Assembly (NCBI GenBank): GCA_963808895.1
Contig: CAWEHL010000004.1
Coordinates: 559,972 to 623,971, forward strand
Length of the DNA: 64,000 nt
Direction of reading: 5' to 3'
Source: an uncultured Chloroflexia bacterium
GTDB taxonomy: Bacteria; Chloroflexota; Limnocylindria; Limnocylindrales; CSP1-4
In this document: positions 1 through 8,781 of the stretch, piece by piece
Position numbering within the stretch: the first letter of the stretch is position 1
Layout: each line of letters opens with the position of its first letter
Position numbers and translations under genes: made by a program
The notes under the pieces: model-generated
Seen by the model: the letters and a program-made list of their open reading frames with translations, nothing else
Database searches by the model: none
What the model was told of the DNA's origin: nothing

Positions 1-192
1 ACCGTCGGCGCGTCGGGGACGATGAGTTGCAACCTCGGCACGATCGCGAGCGGCGGGAGCAGCACGATCAACTTCAAGGTCACGGTGCTCGCGAAGAAGG
101 GGACCATCACCAACTCCGTGACGGTCTCGACGACGACGGTCGACACGAACTCGGCCAACAACGCGGCTTCGATAACAACGCGCGTGAAGTAG
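1..192 (+). CDS. C-terminal end of a DUF11 (conserved repeat domain) surface protein, 5'-partial
   Basis: frame 1 reads ...SCNLGTIASGGSSTINFKVTVLAKKGTITNSVTVSTTTVDTNSANNAASITTRVK then TAG at 190-192; typical DUF11/TIGR01451 repeat ending; the track ORF 27..551 is in another frame and compositionally junk. Confidence 0.55.
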   Translation, partial: TVGASGTMSCNLGTIASGGSSTINFKVTVLAKKGTITNSVTVSTTTVDTNSANNAASITTRVK

Positions 193-205
193 GCCGTACG
201 CACGA

Positions 206-229
206 GGGGCCAGCAGTGACTGGCCCCTT
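206..229 (+). terminator. stem-loop ggggccag-cagtga-ctggcccc followed by ttg tgg; likely intrinsic terminator of the DUF11 gene
   Basis: perfect 8-bp inverted repeat 14 nt after the stop codon. Confidence 0.45.
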
Positions 230-246
230 GTGGCTGCGTCCTACGT

Positions 247-336
247 TTTCGAAAGCACGGCACGCGCGGACGGCTGGTCCAAAGCCAAGGACCGTAGCTG
301 GTACGAGCGCGAGGCGTGGCGGTTCGACCGCCGCTG
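247..336 (+). pseudogene. remnant of ATP-dependent DNA ligase 3' end (ligase-tail copy 1)
   Basis: reads YVFESTARADGWSKAKDRSWYEREAWRFDRR*; nucleotide core tggtacgagcgcgaggcgtggcggttcgaccgccgc nearly identical to the end of the ligase gene at 15047-15109; no start codon. Confidence 0.5.
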
Positions 337-755
337 ACCCGTCGGCAGTCGCGGAGAAGCTACGCGCTGGAGATGGCCCTGACGGCGGCGCTCATAGCGG
401 GACTCTATGTCTGGATGACCAACGGAGGTCCGGAGTGGTTCGGCTCCTACTTCAGGGCAAATGGTCAGTACACCGAGACCTAGCGGAGACACGCCTAACG
501 AAGGGCATGGCGAATGAAGTGACCGGCCGACCGAAGCCGTCGCGGCCGTAGCCCACCTCCTCGTCCGAACGCGTCACGCTCCGCGCCCAGCCACTCAAGC
601 GACCGTCCCCCGCATGGCCTGGTGGTCATCGACGGCCGCGATTCAAGATGGAACGAGTCGATTGCCGTCCGACTCATGATGGGTAAGGACGGCCAGTCGG
701 CCGCAACAAGTCCGGTGTCCGATGCAGCGAGACCTCGTCCTTCGCGCTAGGAACG

Positions 756-1280
756 GTGACCACGACGGCCTTCACGGCCCTCGCCTCGGAAGCGTTCGCG
801 CGGCTGCACCGGACCGCACGGCTGATCCTCCGAAGCGACGATCGGGCGGCTGACGCAGTCCAGGACTCGCTCCTGGCCGCCTGGCTGCACATCCGCGCCG
901 TGCGCGACCCGGAGCGGTTCGACGCCTGGCTCAATCGGCTCCTGGTCAACGCCTGCTATCGGGAGGCGCGGCGGGTCAAGCGGCGCGGGGTCGTGGAGAT
1001 CCAGATGACGCTGCCCGACGCACGGGCACCCGGTGACGCGCAGGAGCTGACCGCCGTACGGGACCAGCTGGAGCGAGGCTTTCGTCGGCTGTCCGCCGAG
1101 CAGCGTGCCGTGCTCGTGGTCCACCACTACCTCGGGCTGCCGGATGCCGAGGCGGCCGCTGTCCTCGATATCGCGGTCGGCACCTTCAAGTCCCGGCTCC
1201 ATCGCGCCTCGACCGCTCTCCGGGCCGCCCTCGACGCCGACGACCGCCGACCGACCATCGCCGAGGAGTCCATCGCATGA
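756..1280 (+). CDS. ECF (sigma-70 family, group IV) RNA polymerase sigma factor
   Basis: region 2 (DSLLAAWLHIRAVRDPERFDAWLNRLLVNACYREARR) and region 4 (LSAEQRAVLVVHHYLGLPDAEAAAVLDIAVGTFKSRLHRA); GTG start; stop overlaps next start (ATGA). Confidence 0.9.
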   Translation: MTTTAFTALASEAFARLHRTARLILRSDDRAADAVQDSLLAAWLHIRAVRDPERFDAWLNRLLVNACYREARRVKRRGVVEIQMTLPDARAPGDAQELTAVRDQLERGFRRLSAEQRAVLVVHHYLGLPDAEAAAVLDIAVGTFKSRLHRASTALRAALDADDRRPTIAEESIA

Positions 1281-2551
1281 CCGCCCGCGACGACTTCGAT
1301 CGAACGCTCGCCGACTGGCTCGATGCTGAGGCGGTCTCGCCCGTCCCGCTCGGTGGACTCGACCAGGCGCTCGACGCCACGCGCCGCCGTTCGCCCCGTC
1401 CCGCGTGGTTGGCCCGCATCGGCAGTCACTGGATCGGCGGTACGGGGTCGAGCACAGGCCGCGCTGGCGCTGCGCATAGGTCCGAGCGGGTCGAGGGCGC
1501 TCATCTTGCTGGCCCTGTCGCCGCTATCCTGGGCGGCGCGCTCGCCGGAACGGTTTTGGTCGGCGGCGTCCTCGGTCCACGACCCAGCCCGTCGTTGGTC
1601 CCACATCGAGCCGTGGTCCCGCCACCGTCGTTGGTCCCACCTCGAGCATTGGTCCCATCACCGTCGCCGATCTCAACCCACCGCGTCGCTCGAAACGGCG
1701 CGATCGCGGTGACGAGGGAAGGTGCGATCGCCCTGATCGACCCGGTCACTGGCAAGACGGTGAAGACGATCCCGGTCGGCTCGGCAGAGGTGGGGGACCT
1801 CACATGGGCTCCCGATGGGCGGAGACTGGCGTTCACGGCGACCGGCGGGGTCTGGGTGATGGACGTGTCAGACGGGACGTCGGAGCAGATCCTGAGCTGC
1901 GGCGAGGGAGCCGATGGGTGCACGATCGCATGGTCGCCCGTGGGCTCGCGCATCGCGGTCGCCCACGGTGACACGCTCGAGCTGGTCGATCCCGACGGCA
2001 GCAACCGGGCGACGCTCTGGAGGCAGATCCACCCTGTCGGCAGAGCTGGGCTGTCGCAGCCGACCTGGTCACCCGACGGAAGCCGGATCGCCGTCAATGG
2101 GTGGATCGGCCAGGGAAGGGGTCTCTATACCATCGATCGGGACGGGTCCAATCTGACCCCCCTCCTCGGCCCGCTTCCGGGAATCGGAACGTACGACCCT
2201 GCCTGGTCGCCCGAAGGATCGACGATCGCGTACTTCGGGTCGACCGATATCCGGGTCTGCAGAGAGAATCGAGTTACCTCGACGACCACCTGTGATGACC
2301 AATGGCAGCTCCATGTCATGTCCCTCCGTCTGGACGGCTCGGAGCCACGCGAGCTGCACAAGGCGGGGATCTGTTATTGCATCGGGGGCGCCCCGAGCCT
2401 CACCTGGTCGCCGGACGGGACCAGCCTCGCGTTCGTCGGATTCGGAAGTGACACCTTTCCAGGCGGCCTCACCGTGATGAACGCTGATGGAACCGAGCTG
2501 CGCCAGGTGACGGAGGACGGCGGCGGTCCGGCCTGGCAGCCGGTTCCGTGA
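1277..2551 (+). CDS. putative anti-sigma factor: short cytoplasmic N-domain, one TM helix, Pro-rich linker, extracytoplasmic TolB-like beta-propeller
   Basis: translationally coupled to the ECF gene; TM LAGPVAAILGGALAGTVLVGGVL; repeated WSPDG/WAPDG propeller blades (APDGRRLAF, WSPVGSRIAV, WSPDGSRIAV, WSPEGSTIAY, WSPDGTSLAF). Confidence 0.8.
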   Translation: MTARDDFDRTLADWLDAEAVSPVPLGGLDQALDATRRRSPRPAWLARIGSHWIGGTGSSTGRAGAAHRSERVEGAHLAGPVAAILGGALAGTVLVGGVLGPRPSPSLVPHRAVVPPPSLVPPRALVPSPSPISTHRVARNGAIAVTREGAIALIDPVTGKTVKTIPVGSAEVGDLTWAPDGRRLAFTATGGVWVMDVSDGTSEQILSCGEGADGCTIAWSPVGSRIAVAHGDTLELVDPDGSNRATLWRQIHPVGRAGLSQPTWSPDGSRIAVNGWIGQGRGLYTIDRDGSNLTPLLGPLPGIGTYDPAWSPEGSTIAYFGSTDIRVCRENRVTSTTTCDDQWQLHVMSLRLDGSEPRELHKAGICYCIGGAPSLTWSPDGTSLAFVGFGSDTFPGGLTVMNADGTELRQVTEDGGGPAWQPVP

Positions 2552-2589
2552 GCTAGCTCCAGTTCGCTCTGCGCTTTCCCTCGGTCGCG

Positions 2590-2809
2590 CCACTCCGTGA
2601 CGTCAACCTCCCGGTCGGCACGGCACTGGCCGGCGCGTGGACCGACTGCGACATGTACATCGGTTCGGAGTTCCGGATCGACGTCTCGTCGGAGGCGGGT
2701 AACCGCTTCGACCAGAACGTGACCGGCTTCCGGGCAGAGGAGGAGTTCGGGTTCAACGCGACGCCGTATGTCGCGACCGGCAAGTTCGTGAAGATCCTCG
2801 GGCTGTAGT
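2590..2809 (+). pseudogene. 3' gene fragment, family X copy A (...RFDQNVTGFRAEEEFGFNATPYVATGKFVKILGL*), no start codon
   Basis: open frame begins right after a TAG; last ~100 nt about 92% identical to 20448-20546 (53 nt identical); parent gene not recognised. Confidence 0.4.
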
Positions 2810-2823
2810 CCCGAACATGACTA

Positions 2824-2852
2824 GGCCCCGGTCGGGTTATCCCGCCGGGGCC
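2824..2852 (+). terminator. GC-rich stem-loop ggccccgg...ccggggcc followed by ttctcc
   Basis: inverted repeat immediately after the family X fragment stop. Confidence 0.4.
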
Positions 2853-3024
2853 TTCTCCGTGCCCGCTTTAAGGTAGCGGCGGACGCAAACTGAAACGATT
2901 AACAGCCCTTGTGCGAGCGGACCAACGGGCCCACTATCGAAGTCAGGCAGCGTCACGCGCGCTCCAAGACAGCATCTTCTGCCGGCACCCCTGACGTCTG
3001 ATCCTCCCTGCGAGGAGTCGAACG

Positions 3025-3243
3025 ATGTCGGAACAGCCGATGATGATGTCCGCGGGACAGATCGCCACCACCAAGGCACCGACTGCGACATCGGTGTGGA
3101 CCCCTCGCGCTGGTCACTACGGCGCTGTCGCCGTCGCGAACGCAGAGCGAGCACACCGGGCCATGATCGAGAAGCGACTCGATCAGGTGACGGCTAGGCC
3201 CCGCCGCCAAAGCGCACCACGCCATCGCGTTTGGATGAGCTAG
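3025..3243 (+). CDS. small hypothetical protein (72 aa)
   Basis: ATG preceded by gaggag SD in a lower-GC promoter-like stretch; abuts the next gene; no recognisable domain. Confidence 0.3.
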   Translation: MSEQPMMMSAGQIATTKAPTATSVWTPRAGHYGAVAVANAERAHRAMIEKRLDQVTARPRRQSAPRHRVWMS

Positions 3244-3247
3244 AGCG

Positions 3248-3577
3248 GTGCACATGTCCTCGCGCATCCTGCTGGTCCTTGTCGCCGGTGCCGCGATCGG
3301 CGGCGGGTGGTGGATCCTGTTCGCGATCAACGAGGTCCCCATCGCGGTGATCTACAGCGCCCTCTGGACCATCGGAGTGCTCGTCGCCGCACGCACCCTG
3401 CTGGCACTCGGGTTGGGGTACAACCGGCTAACAGCCAGAGAACCAGCGCCCGGCGTCAGTCCGGCACCGGACACTGCGGCGCACCTCGGCGATCTCCGTG
3501 ATCGAGGGGTGATCTCCAATGAGAGCTACGCCAGCGAGCTGGCGAGCTCGGCGCATTCGGACCCCCTAAAGGGGTGA
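3248..3577 (+). CDS. small membrane protein with C-terminal SHOCT-like domain
   Basis: two hydrophobic helices then HLGDLRDRGVISNESYASELAS (SHOCT-like). Confidence 0.55.
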   Translation: MHMSSRILLVLVAGAAIGGGWWILFAINEVPIAVIYSALWTIGVLVAARTLLALGLGYNRLTAREPAPGVSPAPDTAAHLGDLRDRGVISNESYASELASSAHSDPLKG

Positions 3578-3587
3578 ACCTGGTCGA

Positions 3588-3750
3588 GCCCTCGGTGTTG
3601 GCTCGTCGAACGCATGGAGGATGGTCGACTCGGGGGAACGTCCTCAAGGACCTGATCTCGACCTATCGCGACTGGACCCGCGTAGGCTGGTCCAAGGTGA
3701 AGGACCGGAGCTGGTACGAGCGCGAGGCCTGGCGTTTCGATCGGAGGTAA
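3588..3750 (+). pseudogene. remnant of ATP-dependent DNA ligase 3' end (ligase-tail copy 2)
   Basis: reads LNLVEPSVLARR...VLKDLISTYRDWTRVGWSKVKDRSWYEREAWRFDRR*; colinear with LSALVDPSVSLVEQMTDGRLEGIVLKDRTSTYRDGSRAGWTKVKDRSWYEREAWRFDRR of the ligase gene; internal frameshift; no start. Confidence 0.5.
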
Positions 3751-3753
3751 AGG

Positions 3754-4635
3754 GTGGGGTCGCGGATAGTCGCGTTGACGGCGATGGCGACAGCGGCTCT
3801 CGCTGTCTGTGCCTGCACAGGACAGCTGAGCTCGAGCGTCGCGCCGTCGCTCCCGTCTCCCTCGCCATCGCCTAGCACGGCTTCGACGCCGACCGCGAGC
3901 ACCGCGTCGGTCGTCGCCGATCCGATGGCCAGTCCTAGCGTCCAGGGCAACTTCAAGGTCGCCGCCGATGGGCGCTCACTGGCGATGGACTGCTACGGGA
4001 ACGGCAATTCGACCGTAATCCTCGAGTCGGGCGGCGGCGCGATCGACGAGTTCACCAATGAGCCGCTGACGCGGCTGCTCGCCGCGGAGACCCGGGTATG
4101 CCTGTATAACCGGGCAGGTCGCCCGCCAAGCGATCCTGCCCCGAACAAGCCGCGGGAGGCCGAAGACGCGGCCGCCGATCTCAATGCGCTCATGAAGGCG
4201 GCCGGCGTCCCCGGACCGTATGTCCTGTTCGGTCGATCCTTCGGAGGCATGCTGGTCACCTTCTACGGCTCGAAGTACCCGTCCGATGTGGCCGGTGTCG
4301 TCGTCTTCGACAGTCCGGCTCCTAGCGCCACCATGTCCGCCGCGGAGTTCCCCGAAGGCACTTGGGACTATCCCGAGAACCTCGAGCACCTGAACGTCCG
4401 AACGGGCTTCGAGAACCGGTTCGGCAAGAAGCCCGTGCACATCGACGCACCGCTGACACTGATCAGCACGACGTCAGGCGAGTCGCGTCCCGAGGACCAC
4501 TACTGGCTCCAGGTGAGTCCGACATCGAAACAGGTCGTCCTGCAGGGAGGGATGGAGGTCATCGGCACGCATGCTGACCGGATCGCTTCCGAGATCCTCG
4601 CATTTGTACGCGCCCCTGCGGCATCGGGTTCATAA
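3754..4635 (+). CDS. secreted alpha/beta-hydrolase-fold lipoprotein
   Basis: signal peptide with lipobox LAVCAC; Ser/Pro-rich linker; GRSFGG nucleophile elbow (GxSxG). Confidence 0.8.
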   Translation: MGSRIVALTAMATAALAVCACTGQLSSSVAPSLPSPSPSPSTASTPTASTASVVADPMASPSVQGNFKVAADGRSLAMDCYGNGNSTVILESGGGAIDEFTNEPLTRLLAAETRVCLYNRAGRPPSDPAPNKPREAEDAAADLNALMKAAGVPGPYVLFGRSFGGMLVTFYGSKYPSDVAGVVVFDSPAPSATMSAAEFPEGTWDYPENLEHLNVRTGFENRFGKKPVHIDAPLTLISTTSGESRPEDHYWLQVSPTSKQVVLQGGMEVIGTHADRIASEILAFVRAPAASGS

Positions 4636-4888
4636 CTAGCCCGAAACCACGTCGAAGGGCCTTAGCTTCCACGCCCAGCCACTCCGTGACCGCCGCCCTC
4701 GTCGCCTCTAGCGCCGAGCGTCGGTCGTTCGCGTCTATCGACAGCCACGGGTAGCCGAGGACGTACCAGCGACCGTCCTGGGCCTGCATAGCGCGGTACA
4801 CCGGCCTCTCACCGCGCCCGATCGTGCGGATGGCAACCTGGACGCAGGACGAACTGACGCGGATCGGGGATGCGGAGGAGATCGACAT
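4559..4888 (-). CDS. small conserved hypothetical protein, paralog family S copy 1
   Basis: AIRTIGRGERPVYRAMQAQDGRWYVLGYPWLSIDANDRRSALEATRAAV; a ~130-nt stretch is >90% identical to 18360-18500; C-terminus differs from copy 2 by a 1-nt indel, and an alternative frame ends at 4636 abutting the hydrolase stop. Confidence 0.45.
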   Translation of the reverse strand: MSISSASPIRVSSSCVQVAIRTIGRGERPVYRAMQAQDGRWYVLGYPWLSIDANDRRSALEATRAAVTEWLGVEAKALRRGFGLVMNPMPQGRVQMRGSRKRSGQHACR

Positions 4889-5090
4889 CGCCGCTCGTCG
4901 GCCCGACGGCAGCCTCCGCCAATTCGTGACGATCTGGGTCGTTCGCTACATCGTGTGGTCGCCTACCGGCCTGCTGGGATTCGATCGTCCTGGTGGCTTT
5001 GCGTTGGTCGATCCCGACCGACTTACGCTGGCGCCGGTCGGACTGCACATCGGTCGCTTTCCCAGCTGGGTGGCCCTCGGCGAGGGCTAG
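4824..5090 (+). pseudogene. fragment of a PPOX-class / DUF2255-like (pyridoxamine 5'-phosphate oxidase fold) protein
   Basis: N-terminus TWTQDELTRIGDAEEIDIAARRPDGSLRQFVTIWVVR fits the family, then degenerates with no continuation in any frame; overlaps the 5' end of the opposite-strand small gene. Confidence 0.3.
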
Positions 5091-5319
5091 GAAATGCGAC
5101 GACGCTCGCGGGTCGTCCGGACGCGGTCAAAGGAGCCTGCAGAGGCCCGGTGCGACGCAGGCCACCGGAGAAGGCGCCGGGCCAGACAGAATGGCCCGTC
5201 CTGCGGCGGATGCAGACGTGACGGCCCGGGTCGGCACGTCGTATCGTGGCGCGGGCAGTTACGGCTCGCTCGTCGTGCGATCGGTGACGATGCGTTCGGC
5301 CGTCACAGGAGCGTGCGCT

Positions 5320-5811
5320 ATGGCTCGGCTCCCGTCGCTCGGTCCGCGGGGAGAGGGCTGGGTCCTGCTGCAGGTCGTGCTGATCGTGCTGGTCGTGGCA
5401 GCAGCGTGGTCGCTTGGGCCAGACTGGTCCGGCCCGGTCCGAGTCGCGGGCTATGCGGCCGGGATCTTGTCGCTTGCCTCAGGTCTGTTCCTAATCTTCC
5501 GTGGAGCGACCGACCTTGGGACAGCCCTGACGCCGGTACCGCGTCCACGCGAAGGTGGTGAACTCGTGGAGACCGGCGTGTACGGCGTCGTCCGCCACCC
5601 GATCTACAGCGGCCTCATCCTTGCTGCCTTGGGCGGTGGCCTCATGCAGGCATCGCTGGCCGCTCTCGGGCTGACGCTGTGCCTCGTGCTCGTCCTTTGG
5701 TTGAAGTCGACGGTCGAGGAGCGGTGGCTCGAGCTGCGTTATCCGGGCTATGACGCGTACCGCGCGCGGACGGGCCGGTTCATCCCGCGAGTAGGCGGGT
5801 CTCGCAGCTGA
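5320..5811 (+). CDS. isoprenylcysteine carboxyl methyltransferase (ICMT/PEMT) family membrane methyltransferase
   Basis: TM helices; LVETGVYGVVRHPIYSGLIL and EERWLELRYPGYDAYRARTGRFIP motifs; start at ATG 5320 within track ORF 4993..5811. Confidence 0.8.
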   Translation: MARLPSLGPRGEGWVLLQVVLIVLVVAAAWSLGPDWSGPVRVAGYAAGILSLASGLFLIFRGATDLGTALTPVPRPREGGELVETGVYGVVRHPIYSGLILAALGGGLMQASLAALGLTLCLVLVLWLKSTVEERWLELRYPGYDAYRARTGRFIPRVGGSRS

Positions 5812-6063
5812 GGCATCTCGGCGAGGTACCCGCTCGCCGTCATGCCCACACGAAGCGGTAGGCGTTCGAGCAGTGGACACTGCGCGCGAGGAGTTCCGAG
5901 ACGGCCATCCCGGCTGGGGCGAGCTGGCTCGTGCAGGAGATCTCCTTGGGCAAATACATCCGGCAGGTGACCTTGCCGCGAGCGCGCCATTCGAGCCGGC
6001 GCCCCCGGGTGCGGCTCCCTCCGAGGTACGATGCCTCCACCGATGTGGGGAAGGAGTTCCTCC

Positions 6064-6519
6064 ATGTTCGTGGTCGAGGAGAGCATCGTCATCGACCGAG
6101 CCGCGAACGATGTCTTCGCGCAGGTCAGCGACCAGTCGAACGCGCCGCGGTGGCAGCGTGGGCTCGCGGAGGTCCGCCGGACGACGGCCGGTCCCATCGG
6201 GGTCGGAACCAGGCACAGCGTCGTGCGGAGGTTCATGGGCCGCAGGCTGGAACTGACCAACGAGTACACGCAATACGAGCCGGGCAGGTTGGTCGAGTTC
6301 GCGTTCGAGGGATCGATGCCCGGGGTAGCGTCCTATGTTGTCCAACCGGCGGACGGCGAGCTGACGAACCTGGTCGCCCGGATCGAAGTGCGACCGTCGG
6401 GCCTGGCCAGGCTCGCCGAGCCGCTGATGGCGGCGACCATGCGACGAGACGTCGTGGCCAACCTTGCCAGTCTCAAGACATTGCTCGAAGCCGAGCCGCG
6501 GCGAGGGGCGCCGAGCTAG
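6064..6519 (+). CDS. SRPBCC family protein (polyketide cyclase/dehydrase-like)
   Basis: MFVVEESIVIDRAANDVFAQVSDQSNAPRWQRGL... typical Polyketide_cyc2 N-terminus; ATG 6064 after a GGAG-like SD. Confidence 0.85.
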   Translation: MFVVEESIVIDRAANDVFAQVSDQSNAPRWQRGLAEVRRTTAGPIGVGTRHSVVRRFMGRRLELTNEYTQYEPGRLVEFAFEGSMPGVASYVVQPADGELTNLVARIEVRPSGLARLAEPLMAATMRRDVVANLASLKTLLEAEPRRGAPS

Positions 6520-6534
6520 GCATAAGGACGGGTC

Positions 6535-6612
6535 GGCTGTCGCGACCCCGGCTCCGGTCCCGGACCCTCGATCCCGGCATCCTCCTGGCGGCCCAGTCGG
6601 TTCGGGCCGACC
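6535..6612. repeat. dispersed ~100-nt repeat family D, copy 1
   Basis: ccccggctccggtcccggaccctcgatcc ... gggccgaccggggct; related to 17040-17110, 18745-18832, 22445-22555 and partly 11520-11610. Confidence 0.5.
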
Positions 6613-6639
6613 GGGGCTAGGCGCAGCGAGCATGGTCAC

Positions 6640-6946
6640 CCCTGGAGCGTTTGTCGCCTTCTGGGTTGACGCCGCCGCAGTCTCCAGGATGGACCCAGCC
6701 TGGGTGATCTTCTTGACGTCCAATTTCGGGAAACCGGCGATCACCAGTCGGGCCGCTCGGTCAAAGCCCTCGATCGACTTCTTGTAGTGCGTAAACATCG
6801 AGCGATTGCAGGCGGTGGGCCGGGTGGTACTGAGCCAGGTCTTCTCGCCTTTGGTCCCAATCCCGAAGGTCGTACGCCAGCCCGGACATGGAAGATGGGT
6901 AACTCGCGCGCGTTTTCGTGCGAATTCCCGCGAAACTGACTGACAC
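6640..6946 (-). pseudogene. lower-GC gene fragment in two frames, possibly a degraded foreign or mobile-element gene
   Basis: ~50% GC stretch (gtagtgcgtaaacatcgagcgattgcagg, gcgcgttttcgtgcgaattcccgcgaaactgactgacacg); protein-like peptide ...AYDLRDWDQRREDLAQYHPAHRLQSLDV / FTHYKKSIEGFDRAARLVIAGFPKLDVKKITQAGSILE; family not recognised. Confidence 0.25.
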
Positions 6947-6981
6947 GTCCCCGGATGTGTCGCTGCCTTGTCGCGGTGTGT

Positions 6982-8023
6982 CTAGGCTGCGGCGGGCTCC
7001 AGTGCCAGCACATTAAAGGCGCGAACCCAGTCGCCCTTACCGGCGAGACGCAGGCTGCCGAGGTCCTGCACCACGACCACATCCCGCACGGCCTCATGCG
7101 TGGCCTCATCAATGAGGATCTGGCCGGGTCCGGCGGCGGCCTGCAAACGCGCGGCGATGTTCACGGAGTCCCCGACGACCGCGTAATGCATGCGGCGCTC
7201 CGAGCCGACGTTGCCGGCGATGACCTCGCCGGTGGTGATTCCGATCCCTGCCTGCAAACGCACCTCCGGCATGGTCGGGATCTCGAGGCGCATCACCGCT
7301 GTCTGCACATCGAGTGCCGCACGCACAGCCCGCTCGGCGTCATCGGAGTGCATCACTGGGGCGCCGAAGAAGGCGAAGACGCCGTCGCCGAGGAGATCCG
7401 CTACGGTGCCCCCATGGCTTTCGACGGCATCGCTGACGGCAGTCAGGTAACGGTTCAGGAGCGCCGAGCGTTTCCTCTGGCTCATGCTCAGCGGCCAACG
7501 TCGTGTAACCCCTGATGTCCGCGAACAGCGTCGCGACACGGCGCCGATCACCGCCCAGCGCGACGGCGAATGGATCACGGAGCGCCTCGGCCGCGACGCT
7601 CTCGCTTACGTAGCGCCCGAGCAGCTCTCCGAGCCGGTCCTGAAGCGCCTTCGTCCGGAGGAGTGAGCGCAATCGGGCCGACAGCTCAATCTCGTCGAAG
7701 GGTTTCGATAGGAAGTCGTTGGCTCCAGCCTCCAGCCCGCGCGCCTTGTCTTCGCTCAGGTCGAGTGCGGTGAGCAGCAGGATCGGCAAGCCCGCGTATT
7801 CCGGCTGGCGCCGGAGCCGCTCGCAGACCTCGATGCCGTCGAGCCCCGGCATCATCACGTCCAGGCACACAAGATCGGGTTGCTGCTCCGCGACTGCTTT
7901 GATCGCCGAATGCCCATCGCGCGCCTCGGCCACGTCGTAGCCCTGCCGCGTCAGGAGTTTGCGCAGAAGCGCGAGGTTGGCGGGCTCGTCGTCAACGGCG
8001 AGGATGAGAGGTCGGTCGCGCCT
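6982..8023 (-). pseudogene. response-regulator receiver domain fused to class III adenylate/guanylate cyclase domain, with an apparent frameshift near 7497
   Basis: REC: MRRDRPLILAVDDEPANLALLRKLLTRQGYDV...DFLSKPFD; cyclase: TLFADIRGYTTLAAEHEPE then frame change to ALLNRYLTAVSDAVESHGGTVADLLGDGVFAFFGAP...VVGDSVNIAARL; start ATG overlaps upstream stop (ATGA). Confidence 0.7.
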
Positions 8024-8781
8024 CATGCCAGGAAGCCCGCAACGCTGTCCGCGAATGTCGCGAAGTCGATCGGTTTGCTCAGGTAGCCGTCGAACCCGTT
8101 GGCCAGCGCGCGCTCGCGATCGCCGACCATCGCGTGCGCGGTAAACGCGACGACGCACAACTTGGCGGTGCTTGGACTGGCGCGGAGCTCGTTGATCGCA
8201 TGCCACCCGTCCATGTCGGGAAGCCCGAGATCCATCAGCACGAGGTCGGGAGCTGCTTCCCGAGCGAGCGCGATCCCGGTCGCCGCGGTCTCGGCGCTCA
8301 GCACCTCGTGCCCGGCGGCGCGGAGCAGCTTCGTAGCCAACGCCCGATTCGGCGGGTGTGTCCTCCACCACCAGGATCGTCGCCATCAGTGCCGGACCAG
8401 CGGCCTGCGCGTCGCTGTCCGTCAACGCACGAAGCAGGCTGTCCTTCGCGACCGGCTTGGCGACGTGAGCATCCGCGAGATCTGGCGTGTCGGCCGCATC
8501 GACGACAGCTGACGCACGATCACGGGTATCCCCATTGTCACTGGATCGGTCTTGAGAGCGTGCAGGATCTCGCGGCCGCCATGTCCAGGCACGAGCATTC
8601 CGAGCAGGATCACGTCCGGTGACACGCGTCTCGCGTCGCTCAGTGCCCGGCTCCGGTCGGTCGAGCCGACGACGCGATACCCCTCGCCGGCGAGCATCTT
8701 CTCTAGTAGCGGCGCTACCGAGGGATCATCGTCGATGCTGAGCAGCAAGCGTCTCGCCATCGCCAGCTCCACCCCGCTCAA
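8023..8781 (-). pseudogene. tandem receiver (REC) domain protein(s), two apparent frameshifts
   Basis: REC A: MARRLLLSIDDDPSVAPLLEKMLAGEGYRVV...GIPVIV, C-terminal part in another frame (DAADTPDLADAHVAKPVAKDSLLRAL); REC B: MATILVVEDTPAE then frame change to ATKLLRAAGHEV...MDLGLPDMDGW...GFDGYLSKPIDF. Confidence 0.65.

Noticed and set aside
27-551. 174-aa ORF at the window start
   Set aside because: Arg/Asp/His/Gln-rich low-complexity translation typical of an off-frame read of GC-rich DNA; the real coding frame at 1-192 is frame 1 (DUF11 tail).
640-680. ECF-type promoter motifs (GGAAC ... CGTC) upstream of the sigma genes at 650-676 and 48733-48759
   Set aside because: GGAAC is present, but the spacing to a CGTC/GTC element (16 nt to GACT; 18 nt to CGTC) is not canonical and no shared motif was found upstream of the third sigma gene; left as unsupported.
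5491-6798. 435-aa minus-strand ORF
   Set aside because: Mostly antisense to the SRPBCC and methyltransferase genes; only its first ~50 codons (6640-6798) look protein-like and are reported as a fragment.
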